Shown in pieces: positions 38,592-51,427 of a DNA stretch of 64,000 bases (the first letter of the stretch is position 1; the number at the start of each line of letters is the position of its first letter). The stretch is from Hypanus sabinus. Lineage: Eukaryota. Location of the stretch: positions 147,932,001 to 147,996,000 of the forward strand of contig NC_082708.1 of NCBI RefSeq assembly GCF_030144855.1, read 5' to 3'. The notes under the pieces were generated by a model, which had not been told where the DNA came from, ran no database searches, and worked only from the letters and a program-made list of their open reading frames with translations. A program made the translations under genes and the position numbers.

Positions 38592-39086
38592 GAGGACTCT
38601 ATAGTTAGGGGGGCAGATAGGAGATTTTGTGGGGCAGATCGGGAGTCTCAGATGGTATGTTGCCTCCCTGGTGCCAGGGTCCGGGACATCTCAGATCAGG
38701 TGCAGGCTATTCTTGAGAGTGAGGGCATGAACCCAGATGTAGTGGTCCATGTAGGGACCAATGATGTAGGTAAGGTGAATGAGGGGGTCCTGCTTAGAGA
38801 GTTCAGGGAGTTAGGAGTGAAGCTGAAAGGCAGGACCTCCGGGGTGACAATCTCGGGATTGCTACCTGTGCCACGTGCGAGTGAGGCAAAGAATAGAATG
38901 ATTATGCACATTAATACGAGGCTGAGAGCATGGTGCAGGAAGGAAGGGTTCAGGTTTTTGGATAATTGGTCTTTGTTCCAGGGACATTGGGATCTGTTTT
39001 GAAGGGATGGTCTACATCTGAACCGGAGGGGTACTAACACTCTTGCAGGAGTATTTGCCAGTGCTGCTCGGGGGGGTTTAAACTAG
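38592..39086 (+). pseudogene. CR1 ORF1 C-terminal SGNH/GDSL esterase domain
   Basis: DSIVRG, PGAR, HVGTND and DGLHLN blocks; one TGA at 39000. Confidence 0.9.
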
Positions 39087-39088
39087 AT

Positions 39089-42079
39089 GTGCAGGGGGCA
39101 GGGATCCAGATCCAGAGAGTTGGTCAGAAGGTGCATGGGGTTAAATGTGTACAAGGTTTGGGTGATCTTGAGAAGGTCATCAAAATTCAGGGTGCAATTT
39201 GCCCGATGGAAGTTCAAGGAGCTGGGTTAGGTACAGTAGACAGTGTTTTAAGCAAAGAGAGGAGGAATGGGCTAAGAATTCTATACTTGAATGCGCGTAG
39301 TGTCAGAAATAAGACAGATGAGCTTGAAGCTCAGATGAAAATGGGGAACTATGATATTGTTGGGATAACGGAGACATGGCTGCAAGGGGATCAGGCCTGG
39401 GAATTGAGTGTACCAGGGTATACGTGCTATCGTAGAGACAGAAATATGGGAAGAGGGGGTGGGGTGGCCTTGTTGGTGAGGAATGAGATTCAGTCATTAG
39501 CAAGAGGTGACTTGGGAACAGGGGAAGTAGAGTCTGTGTGGATTGAGCTGAGGAACAGTAAGGGTAAAAAGACCCTAATGGGTGTTGTGTACAGGCCCCC
39601 AAACAGTAGCGTGGATATTGGGTACAAGTTGATTAGGGAGTTAACATTGGCATGTGCTAAAGGTAATGCAGTCGTTATGGGAGATTTCAACATGCAGGTG
39701 GACTGGGAGAATCAGGTAGGTGCTGGACCCCAGGATAGGGAGTTTGTGGAGTGTCTAAGGGATGTATTTTTGGAACAGCTTGTGCTTGAGCCAACCAGGA
39801 ACGAGGCTATTTTGGACCTGGTGATGTGTAATGAACAGGAATTGATAAGTGATCTTGAAGTAAAGGAGCCATTAGGAAGTAGTGATCATAACATGATAAG
39901 TTTTTATCTACAATTTGAGAGGGATAGGGGCAGATCAGAGGTGTCAGTGTTGCAATTAAATAAAGGAGACTACGGAGCCATGAGGGATGAGCTGGCCAAA
40001 GTTAAGTGGGCAGATGCCCTGGCAGGAAAGACAGTGGATCAGCAGTGGCAGATATTCTTGGGCATAATACAAAAGATGCAAAAGCAGTTCATTCCAATGA
40101 GAAGGAAGGATTCAAAGAGGGGGAAGGGGCCACAGTGGTTGACAAAGGAAGTCAGAGATTGTATAACATTAAAGAAAAAGAAGTATGACAGGGCTAAGAT
40201 GAGTGGGAATACAGATGATTGGGAAAGTTTTAAGGAACAGCAGATCTTAACTAAAAAAGCAATATGGAGAGAAAAAATCAGGTATGAGCTCAGTCTAGCC
40301 AGGAATATAAAAGGGGATAGCAAAAGCTTTTTTAGCTATGTGAAGAGAAAGAAGATAGTTAAGAACAATGTTGGCCCCTTGAAGAATGAATTGGGAGAAA
40401 TTGTTATGGGAAACAGGGAAATGGCAACAGAATTTAATGCATACTTTAGATCTGTCTTCACCAGGGAGGACACAAACAATCTCCCAGATGTATGGATGGG
40501 CCAGGGTCATAAGATATCAGAGGAATTGAGACAGATTGACATTAGGAAAGAAACTGTGATGACTAGACTGGTAGGACTGAAGGCTAATAAATCCCCGGGT
40601 CCAGATGGTCTGCATCCGAGGGTTCTAAAAGAGGTGGCTCAGGAAATTGCGGATGCATTGCTAATCATTTTCCAATGTTCCTTAGATTCAGGATCAGTTC
40701 CTGAAGATTGGAGAGTGGCTAATGTTGTCCCACTTTTCAAGAAGGGAGGGAAGGAGAAAACGGAGAACTATCTCCCTGTTAGCCTAACGTCAGTCGTGGG
40801 GAAGATGCTTGAGTCCATTATTAAGGACGAAATAGTGGCACATCTAGATGGCAGAAATGGGATTAGGCCGAGCCAGCATGGATTTACCAAGGGCAAATCA
40901 TGCTTGACTAATCTGTTGGAGTTTTTTGAGGGTGTAACAAGGATGTTAGATGAGGGTAAGCCAGTAGATGTTGTGTACCTAGATTTTCAGTAGGCATTCG
41001 ATAAGGTGCCACATAGGAGATTGGTGAGTAAAATCAGAGCTCATGGCATTGGGGGCAGGGTTTCAACATGGATAGAAAACTGGTTGGCAGATAGAAAGCA
41101 AAGGGTAGCAGTGAATGGGTGTTTCTCAGACTGGCTGGAGGTGACTAGTGGGGTACCATAGGGCTCTGTATTGGGACCACAGCTCTTTACGATTTATGTC
41201 AATGATTTAGATGAGGGCATTGAAAACTATATCAGCAAGTTTGCTGACGATACTAAACTGGGTGGCAGTGTGACATGCGAAGAGGACGTTAGGAGAATAC
41301 AGGGAGACTTGGATAGGCTGGGTGAGTGGGCAGATACTTGGCAGATGTCATTCAATGTGAATAAATGTGAAGTTATCCACTTTGGAAGCTGGAACAAGAG
41401 GGCAGAGTATTGTCTGAACGGTGTTGAGTTAGGTAAGGGAGAAATGCAAAGAGACCTAGGAGTCCTAGTTCATCAGTCAATGAAGGTGAATGAGCAAGTG
41501 CAACAGGCAGTGAAGAGGGCAAATGGAATGTTGGCCTTTGTTACAAGGGGAATTGAATACAAGAGCAAGGATGTTCTTTTGCATTTGTACAGGGCCCTGG
41601 TGAGACCACACCTGGAATATTGTGTACAGTTTTGGTCTCCAGGTTTAAGGAAGGACGTTCTGGCAATTGAGGAAGTGCAGCGTAGATTCACTAGGTTGAT
41701 TCCTCGGATGGCAGGGCTGTCTTACGCAGAGAGATTGGAGAGATTGGGCTTGTACACACTGGAATTGAGGAGATTGAGAGGGGATCTGATTGAAACGTTT
41801 AAGATAATTAAAGGATTTGATAGGATTGAGGCAGGAAATATGTTCCAGATGTTGGGAGAGTCCAGTACCAGAGGGCATGGATTGAGAATAAGAGAGTTAT
41901 TTAAAACAGAGTTGAGGAAGAGCTTCTTCTCCCAGAGAGTTGTGGAGGTGTGGAATGCACTGCCTCGGAAGACGGTGGAGGCCAATTCTCTGGATGCTTT
42001 CAAGAAGGAGCTGGATAGATATCTGATGGATAGGGGAATCAAGGGATATGGGGACAAGGCAGGGACGGGGTATAGATAG
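39089..42079 (+). pseudogene. CR1 ORF2 (AP endonuclease + reverse transcriptase) with two premature stops
   Basis: Single frame; GITETWL, MGDFN, SDHN, KFADD; TAG at 40991 and 41159. Confidence 0.95.
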
Positions 42080-42504
42080 TGAATGATCAGCCATGATCTC
42101 AGAATGGCGGTGCAGACTCGAGGGGTCGAATGGTCTACTTCTGCACCTATTGTCTATTGTCTTTGTGGTTTAGAATTAAATTATCCTGCTGACATCTTGC
42201 CCTTTTACATCTATCCAACATTTAGGGTACAGAATATTGAGATCACCGGCAATGCCAGCATTTACTGTCAACCCATTAACATCGGGGTTTGCTTGGCTAT
42301 ATCAGAAAACAGGGACATAAAAGATCGTAGATGCTAGACTCAGGAGAAACACTGAAAATGCTGAAGGAATTCAATGGGTCAGGCAGCATTGAGGGAATCA
42401 ACTTGCTGAGTTGAGACAGTTCTGGATGGATCTATTAGAGCTGTAGAGAAATGTGGAATGAAAAGAGGCTTTTTGTCCTACCAAGTCCATAATGACTTCC
42501 AAAA

Positions 42505-42875
42505 GTTCAAAATTAATTTATAATCAAATTGTGTATAATTCACCATTACACCAATTTTTTTTGCAGGCATTCACTGTAGAGCAGAGAAACACAATAAAAT
42601 CAATGAAAGCTACATATAAACAAAGACAGACAACCAACCAATGTGCAAAACAAAACAGCACAAGTAAAAGTGATTAATTAATTCTAAGAACACGAGTTGC
42701 AGAGTCCTTAAAGTAAGTCCATAGGGTGGGAAATCAGTTCAGTTTTGAGGTGAGTGAAGTTATCCATGCTGGTTCAGGAGCCTGTTGGTTGAAGGGTAAT
42801 ACTTGTTCCTGAACCTGAGAGGGTGGGACCTCATATTCCTGTACCTCCTTCCCGATGGCAGCAGTGAGAAGAGAA
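42505..42875 (-). mobile_element. Rex1/Babar 3' fragment
   Basis: LFSLLPSGRRYRNMRSH...RFRNKYYPS. Confidence 0.75.
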
Positions 42876-43084
42876 CATATTTACATTTATTTGACAATGA
42901 GACAAGCACGGCATAACCAGCATTATGCTGTTTTATTGACAGCAGGGGGCAGTCATCACACAGATGCTTCAGAATGCTTCTGGACCAGCTATCATACACT
43001 TTAGCCAACCAGTAGGGTATGAGAACAGAGTCCCGATAGACACCAAGACATACTATGCTGGCATTTCAAAACAACTATCATCTA

Positions 43085-43650
43085 CAACTCAAGAAATTCT
43101 GCAGATGCTGGAAATCCAAAGCAGCATACACAAAATGCTGGAGGAACTCGGCAGGAGAGGTAGCATCCATGGAAATGAAGAAATACTTGACATTTCTTTC
43201 AGCACTGGAGACAAAGGAGAAAATGCCAGAAAAAAAGGTGAGGTGAGGAGAAGACAGTTAGGTAGAAGGTTATAGGTGAAGCCAGGTGGGTGGGAAAGGA
43301 AAAGGGCTAGAGAGGAAGGAATCTGACAGAAGGGGAGAGTAGACCACAGGAGAAAGAGAAGGAGGAGGGGCACCAGGTGGAAGTGACAGGTAGGTAAGAA
43401 AAGGTACGATGCCAGAGTGGGGAATTGAAGAAGAGAGGAGGTGGAGGGATTTTTTTTTAACTCAAGGAGAAATCGATATTCCTGCCATTAGATTAGAGGC
43501 TACCTAGATGGACCATAAGGTGTTGCAACTCCACCTTGAGGGTATCTAGCCTCAAGCCACACAAGGAGGCCAACATGTCGAAATGGGAATCGGAATTAAA
43601 ATGTTGGGCAACCAGGAAGTTCTGCTTTTGGCGAGTGGATCAAAGGTATG
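43085..43650 (-). mobile_element. Neptune-type PLE 3' fragment
   Basis: Reverse-strand similarity to 19550-20190. Confidence 0.75.
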
Positions 43651-43959
43651 AGAGTTTCCAAGAATTCACATGTGGGATATATGCACATGTCCAGACCGAT
43701 CACCGACCCATGAAGTAATTTTGATGAAGAGTCTCCACCAAGTCTGAAAGAGATCACAATTACAGATTCAAGGCATGAGGTATATATTCCAGATCCACTC
43801 AGCTATGTGCATCTTCCTGCAAGGAAGGCAAGTCACAAACATAGGGCTGGAGCAAGCGATTATGCTGAAGAATCCACCTGCAGTGAATCCTTTGAAGGAA
43901 AACCCTATTGTGAGACTGCATGAACTGGAGGTCTTTATGAAAACGGGATTGTCAAGAAA

Positions 43960-44766
43960 CAGCAGGAGCTCCCATGCAGTTGTCTAGTAATTTAGCATTT
44001 GCTTTGCTTGCATCTTTGGAAACAGCTCTATTTCCATCTGTAATATCTCTATTTTTCTGTCCTTTTGAAGACCCTGACCTGGAGTTACACACTAATTTTG
44101 GTTCTTTGCAGGAATGGGACTTGCTCGCAGGGTGTCACGACTGGCCGTTGTCCGACATGTCAAGGGCACGGCCTAAGAAATTGGCTGGCCTTTGGAGGCC
44201 TAGGACCTCAGGGTTCTGGAGATGGGCAGATCGAAGGTGGGTGTCCCAGACTGGTGTGTTGTGGAAGCTGGAAGATCTTTGGCTGTGTGCCCAGAGACCT
44301 GAGACCTTTGGGCACAGAGCTCGGAAAAAGCAACAGAATGGACTTTTAACATTGTAAACCAGTGAGTTGTATGTTATGTCTCCCCTCTCACTGTGAAATG
44401 GAGATTTATATTTTTCTTTTACTAGGGAGAAAGAGAACCTGTGGTATATCAAATACCAGGTGAAACACGTAGTCTTTGGAGTACTGCAGTCTATGTCTTT
44501 GCTGTTGCTTTTGCTGCACGCTTGTGTGCTCGGTGGCAGGTGCTGATGCTTTTTTTTTGCCAGTGGGGAGAGGGGGGAATTGTTGCTTGCTGCTGCTTAC
44601 GCAAGGGAGGGAGGGGAGCTGAGGGGGACTTTGGGGTTCTAACATTTAACTGTCATTCATTCTTCGGGACACTCCTCCATTTTCGTGGATGGTTGCAAAG
44701 AGAAAGCATTTCAGGATGTATATAGTATACGTTTCTCTGACATTAAGTGTGCCTTTGAAACCTTTC
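43960..44766 (+). mobile_element. Non-autonomous Rex1-tailed interspersed repeat
   Basis: 3' end GCATTTCAGGATGTATA...CATTAA...CCTTTGAAACCTTT; no RT motifs. Confidence 0.5.
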
Positions 44767-45274
44767 AGGTTAGCTCAGCAAACTGAAGGATTGCTTGTCA
44801 ATGGTGAAAGAGTGCCGAGCAGGGAAATGCTAGAGGACTGTCATCACATTTGGAAGAGAACAGTATTTAGAGGAGAGGTTGTAAATCACTGTACTGTCCA
44901 AGAATATTCAAAGAAGTGAAAGTCTTCTCAAGACAGCGCGTTGTTTGTGTACGACTTATGCAGACAACTTAACAAAGATGCTAAAAAGACAGTGGGTGAA
45001 GGTAACAATGAATTTCCTTGCAACTAAAAACTACTTAATGGCAATTACATATTTTTCCACCTCTAGAAAACAGACTACAGCACACTGGAAGAACTAAATG
45101 GGTCAAACACTATCTGTATAGATGAAATTTTACCTAGATAATTTGGGTTCAGATGCTAATGCAGGACCTCGACATGAAATTTCAGCTTATTTTCTCTACA
45201 GATGCTGCCTGAGACAATTCTTCCAATGTTTTCTTCACCTTCCAGCTTCTAGCAACTGCAGTTTCTTTTGTCTT

Positions 45275-46615
45275 TTATTTATTGATTCACATACATCACG
45301 TAATCGACTCTACCAGCCCTTCATCCCAGGCCAACCAGAAACCCCCAATTTAACCCGAGCCTAATCACAGGACGATTTACAATGACCAATTAACCTACCA
45401 AACGGTGTGATTTTGGAATGTGGGAGGAAACTGGAGCACCTGGAGGAAATCCACACCATCAGAGGGAGGGCATACAAACTCCTTACAGACAGTGGCGGTC
45501 TTCTTGAAATGGACAAGTTTGATTCAAGCATTGAACTAACATTTGTGATTTGAACACTGTTTACCAGGATGACAAATGGCATAGCTGGTCTTGCTGCTGC
45601 CTCACAGCTCCAGTGGTCTGGGTTCAGTCCTGACCTCTGACACTCTCTCTTTGGAGGTGTGAAGTGCCCACGTTCTCCCTATGACCATGTTATATTTCTT
45701 CCAGTGCTCTAATCTCCTTCCATATCTGGTGATTAGCAGAATCTGGGGGAAGTTACTGGGGATGTAGGGAGAATAAAATGGGATGAGTATAAATGGGTGT
45801 TTGATAATTGGAGTGAGGGACTTGCTTGCTTGCTGTATGACTCTATGACTCCTTATGGTATGCCAAATAGGCAGTACAAACCGTTCACTAAAACTTGCTG
45901 TGGATTGGGTGCCACGGTAGCGTAGAGGTGAGCGCAACACTATTACCATAGTAACATAAGAGATAGAAGCAGAATTAGGCCATTCAGCCCATTGAATCTG
46001 CTCCGCAAACTTGTAGCAGAGGATGATTTTAATCCATCAACCTCTTCTTAAAGTTCTTATCATCTGTAAGGAGCTTGTACATCCTCCCTGTGGAATGTGT
46101 GGGTTTTCTCCAGGCATTCCTGTTTCCTCCCACAGTCCAAAGATGTACAGGGTAGGTTAATTGGTCAATGTAAGTTGCCCCATGATTAGGTTAGGGTTAA
46201 GTTGAGGTTGTTGGGTGTTGCTGGGGTGGCATGGCTTGAAGGGCTGGAAGGGACAATTCTGTGCTGTATTTCTAAATAAAATAAATAATAAATATAATTG
46301 GTAATTAGTTTATCATTGTCATGTACTGAGATACAGAGATAGCTTTTCTTTGCCTGGCACCTGGACAGATTAGGCCTGACATACGAACAGCAAGATTGTA
46401 CAAATGGAAAACAATATCAGATTGCAGAACATAGTGCAGTCTAATATTGCTGAAAGGAAAAGCAAGTTAAAGAGAAAATGTAGTGCAGGTAGACAGATGA
46501 AGTGCAAGAGCTATGACAACATAAACTGAGAGATCAAGAGTTGCTGGACCACAGTAGCATAGCGGTTAGCACAATGCTACTACAGCTTCTGGTGTCAGTG
46601 TTCAGAGTTCAATCG
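45275..46615. mobile_element. Cluster of HE1/V-SINEs (~45275-45500 -, ~45580-45850 +, ~45908-46290 +, head at ~46548-46613 +) with small LINE tails
   Basis: Repeated tRNA-like heads and V-domain TTTCCTCCCACA.TCCAAAGA. Confidence 0.8.
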
Positions 46616-49600
46616 ATGTTCCACTCATTGATATTTTACCCCCTTAGCCCTGGTGCATCTCACAGTGGCAATGCAATGGCAGGGCTTCTAATTGGGGGTT
46701 AGTTGGTCCCCAATTTCTGTCCTTTCTCCTCAGCCACAGCCAAAAGCTGCCCTTTTCTAGTTCTTCAGCCAATGCTGTTGTGGACCTCCTGAGCCTCGCT
46801 CCAGTCACTGCCATATCATATTGTTGTTCATGCGCTGACGAAACCCAAGCACCCTACCTCCACAGTGTAGATTGTGGTCCTCCAGCCAGCTTCCTTACAC
46901 TCAGCTGCCAGGTCTGAGTACTTCAGCCTCTTCTGCTAATGGGCACTCTCTACTCCTCCCTCCCATGGAATGGTCAACTCAATGAAGTCTTGGCGGCTGT
47001 GGACCACAGTTCTATGTCTGGGCGCAGAGATGTGGTGGTGATTTTTGTGGCAAACTGTAGCTGTCAGCCAAGATCTGCCCTTATGTTCCACTCATTGCCT
47101 GTGGAGAGGAGTCATGAAGGAGCTCTTGAGTGGGTGCATTCAGCACCCTAATCAGCCTTAACAAACAGGATGAGTTGTCATCCTGCTGGGGAAAGGCTGC
47201 ATTGTGCATCCCACCTGCACATCTCTAGATCTCTGCCAGCTTCTTTAGGACTTGGTCATGCTGCCATCTGTCGTACCCTTGGGACAACACTGTCTTGTAT
47301 CCTGCCAGGGCATGTTGGAGGTTGGCATTGGTGGTGTCACCCAAGGGACAGCTATCCTCACTGCTGAACCACTGGTGAAGATTTCGGGGGCAGAGCGAGG
47401 TGTCAGAGATTGCCCTGACTCATATCTGGCTTGTGGGATCTTTTGACCTGTTGAAGGTGCCCTCCCATGTTGTCTAGCTTCCCTGGTGGCCCAGTGCCAT
47501 TGCCTTCACCCTGCAGTGCTCTTGCTCTGTTCTTGTCACCTCCTCCACTACCATAGCTTTCCTCTCTTCTTTGAGGCCCTGGACCTTCTCCCAGTCAAGA
47601 CCTCAGCTCAATGGCCATGTGATGTTGTCGCTTCTGATCCATTTTCGGATTGATAGACTCTGCGACTTGGAGGGTTGATCTTCATCTTTGCCCATGCCAC
47701 AATCTCATTCAGCCTCTTCAGCAGACTTCTTTTGCAATGGAGCCATTCATCCAGGTGACTTCTCAGTGGAGGAAGCCTCTGTCCTGACTACCTTTATCCC
47801 TCCAATCACCTGCCTTGCTCTAATAAGGCTGATCTCAAAGGCTGCCACAAATAGAATGGGAGACATGGAACATGCCATTGCAATACCTACTTCTGCCACC
47901 CTGTTGTAAAGTATCGAAAAGGGAAGCCCATGTGGAGGTCACTGAAGTAATTGGAAACCAGGCCTCCTAATGTGGGAATGTAAAAGAACTCGATTGTAAA
48001 ATTGATGAGTTGGTGAGGCACAAATCCAATGGCATTTGCACGATCTAGCCACACAACATGCTTGGCTTGTTGCACTGGTCCCATATCAATGATGTGCTGG
48101 TCATGCACATCCACACATCCTGGAAAGCCTGAAACTCCTGCCTTCTGGCAGCTGGAGTCAATGTATCCATTGCCCATGAGGCAGGAGGCCATCCTCCTAG
48201 CCACGACAGAGAAGAAGGTTTTCCCATTGACGTTCAGCACTGCACTGCTCCTGAACTGACTGGTGGAACTGGAGCTCTTCTCTTTGGGGATGAGCGCTGC
48301 CGCAGCTCTTTGCCACTGTAATGGGATGCGCTGGTTTTTCCAGGCATTTCTCATTCGGTTCCACAAGATCTTTAGCACAAGGGCAGTTTTTATGGAGCTT
48401 GTAAGGAATTCCATTCGGACCCGGCACTGATACTGCCTTTGCCTTTTTGATGACCTCTCTGACTTCTTTCTCCTGTGCTTACTCTGCCCTTCATAGCCTG
48501 GCCTGTTTTTGCTTCACTTCATTCCACAACAGCTTCAAGCCCGCATTCTCCTCTTGTGTTGCTTTCTTTCAGTTCTTCCGCAGCTGGTGTCACCTTTGTA
48601 CTAGCTGCTCTATACCCTTCTTCACGGTTTCACTTGGAGCAGTGACTCGCTTGATGATAACCTTGATGTCTCCAAATGAGTTAACCTTGTCTTCTACTTG
48701 GCCATGTAGCGCATGCTATAGGATCGTATAGAGGTCCATATCCAGCCTCTGCCATTCGGCCAGTTCGTTCACCTTTGGCCACTTGATCTCATGCCTCCTT
48801 ATAAACATATAACAATTACAGCACGGAAACAGGCCATCTCGGCCCTTCTAGTCCATGTTGAACGCTTACTCTTACCTAGTCCAACCGACCTGCACTCAGC
48901 CCATAACCCTCCATTCCTTTCCTGTCCATATACCTATCCAATTTTTTTTTTAATGACAATATCGAACCTGCCTCTACCACTTCTACTGGAAGCTTGTTCC
49001 ACACAACTACCATTCTCTGAATAAAGAAGTTCCCCCTCATGTTACCCCTAAACTTTTGTCCCTTAACTCTCAACTCATGTCCTCTTGTTTGAATCTCCCC
49101 TACACTCAATGGAAAAAGCCTATCCACATCAACTCTATCTATCCCCCTCATAATTTTAAATACCTCTATCAAGTCCCCTCTCCACCTTCTACGCTCCAAA
49201 GAATAAAGACCTAACTTGTTCAACCTTTCTCTGTAACTTAGGTGCTGAAACCCAGGTAACATTCTAGTAAATCTCCTCTGTACTCTCTCCTTATTGAATT
49301 CTTCCTCTTAACTTTGCGGCTTGGCTCCACAGATGGGGGTTATCAGATGTGTTTGAAAGTTCACTACAGGGGGAGGGGGGAGCGGTTTATGTATCATTGA
49401 TGAGCTTTCTTCTCCTACCAACAAATCACCTCCAGCAATCTTGGGTCCTTCAGCTCTGTGATCTTCTACCTGGCTTTGGATCCCTCTTGTCTGATCTGTC
49501 ACAACAGTGCAAGGTTGCTATTGGCCTTTCTTGCTACACTTCATTCTCCCCTGATGAATTCGTAGCCCCCTATGTGTTGGAACATACTCCCATCCATTCC

Positions 49601-49720
49601 TGTACTTCCAAAAGATCTTTATTTCATTGTCTATATTTGTTCTGGTCATTGCCATGTAATCCATCCTTTTGGGCCCAACTTTCATACCGCCTCTCGGGTG
49701 TCTTCTTTTATTCATCTTTT
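46615..49720 (-). mobile_element. HERO-clade RLE non-LTR retrotransposon, degenerate, near full span
   Basis: N-terminal GLRIHQGRMKC; RT PGPNGIPYKL.KNCP, IPKEK.S, YIDSSCQKAG..GFPGC, VVWLD.ANA...VPH; RLE TSLRPDI.LWS...KYSDLAAECKEAGW...VEVG. Confidence 0.8.
48802..49290 (-). mobile_element. CR1 3' end inserted in the HERO element
   Basis: ORF 48876..49262: LSYRERLNKLGLYSLERRR. Confidence 0.9.
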
Positions 49721-49734
49721 AACTACTTCCATGA

Positions 49735-49815
49735 AACTTCGGCTAATCGGAGTAGCCGCTTAATTGAGCCAAATATACTGGTCATGATATGTCCCAATTA
49801 ACCAGGATCCACTAT
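49735..49815. mobile_element. Tigger/pogo-type MITE fragment
   Basis: TIR-like TGTCCCAATTAACCAGGATCCAC followed by TA. Confidence 0.45.
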
Positions 49816-51427
49816 ACCTCTTATTGTAATTTACAGTTTTAAAAATTATTGTGCGATGCAAAACAACTTTTACAACATATGCCAATGATACAAATTTGAT
49901 TCTGATTCTGAAACTCTCAATTCCAAATAAAGGAGACCTATCTTTGGTATGAACAACATTAAAAAGATCATGACTACAAGCCAAGACTTTGTGCACAATT
50001 ACCTAATTTAAAGCAGACATGTGAAACATGCTGGAGAAAAGCCCAGCATCCCTTTGTTTCCTCTAACTCTATAGAAGCTGTCAAACTAGATGTCCAGGAA
50101 ACATCATCTCATTGTGCATTTGGTGGTAATGGTGGGTATTGGTAACAAGACAAAGAACTTAGAAATTTAGAAAAATTTAATTCCAATCTCACTCTTGTGA
50201 ATTTAAATTAACAGCACAACCCAGAAATTTAAAGTTGCTTTCAACAAAGCTGACTCTGTGGTTGCTACATTATTGTCTTTTCAGAAATCAAAACTATTTT
50301 ATTACATTTATTCAAGTTGTAATGAAATGCTTGGCCAAAATTTAGTGCTGAGTTCATCTGAATGGGGTCAACCAGCTGGTCTAGTACATACAGTACTTGA
50401 CTTGAGTCCCACGCCAGCACAATTAACTTTAATGTACCTTTAAAGAGGTCCAGCAAAGCATGGGAAATGGAGCTGGCCCACTATTGCCTATTCTGGCAGT
50501 GACAGTATACCCTGCGAATTAATTTGAAATAAATGTGGATATGAGGTTATTAGCATGCTGTATTTAAGTTCTGATAAACTGCTCCCATATTTCTAAAGAA
50601 AGGAAAATTTAAACACATTTTTTGTAATTATGTTTCTCATGAACAGATGGTAATGTGAAAACTTTTCATCATAGTGTGTAGCGCTTAACTTTGAATTTCT
50701 TCACAAAGGACTGTCATCAATCTGGAGGAAGAAATTGATTACAAATATCAACGTGATTTGATAAATGGGACTAAGGATAGTCATTAGGTGTTTTTCTTTC
50801 TCCCACTATCTGCAGCAAAGACATAAATAATTAGTGTGAAAAGGTCAGGTCTGAAGCTGGGAAATGCTGAGACATAGAATCAATATCTTTCCACATCAGA
50901 AAAAATTGTTCTTATTCAACAGGACATTCATTAAATTATCTGATAAAATGTTTAACTTTCCAGAGCAAATTGTAAATTTAAATACCCATTCATTTCAGGT
51001 GGCTGTGTATGAGCTGATGTCACACAGAATAATCAAATGCAGAATTAGTTCTGAGGTTGGTGCTGAAAGAAAGTGACAGTCATGTAGCTGAATGCCACTA
51101 TTATTAATGTTACATGACAAGGGATTTAAATTGAATTAATATTTGCTCAGCTAAAAACAATAGCATTTTCTGATTTAGAAACCAACAATGGTGTTGCCTG
51201 TGATGAGATTAGTTCTCTGATTCTTTTTCAGTCAAGGAGAATAGAACGGAACCAATGCCCACAACAACTTGCATTTTATAACGCAGGTGGTAATTCAACA
51301 AAACTTGAGAGTAATATTAGGGCATAGAGGCAGAGAAACTTAAAGCATGGTACATGCTGGCCAAGATTCTCATCAAAGCTAGTCCTGTTTCCCTCTGTTT
51401 GGTCCATATCCCAGTAAACCTCTAAAC

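Larger units (their letters stand above)
38592..42163 (+). mobile_element. Young, 5'-truncated CR1 LINE
   Basis: ORF1 esterase plus full-length ORF2; (TATTGTC)n tail. Confidence 0.95.

Noticed and set aside
45580-46615. tRNA genes
   Set aside because: tRNA-like heads run into V-SINE bodies; no intact cloverleaf.
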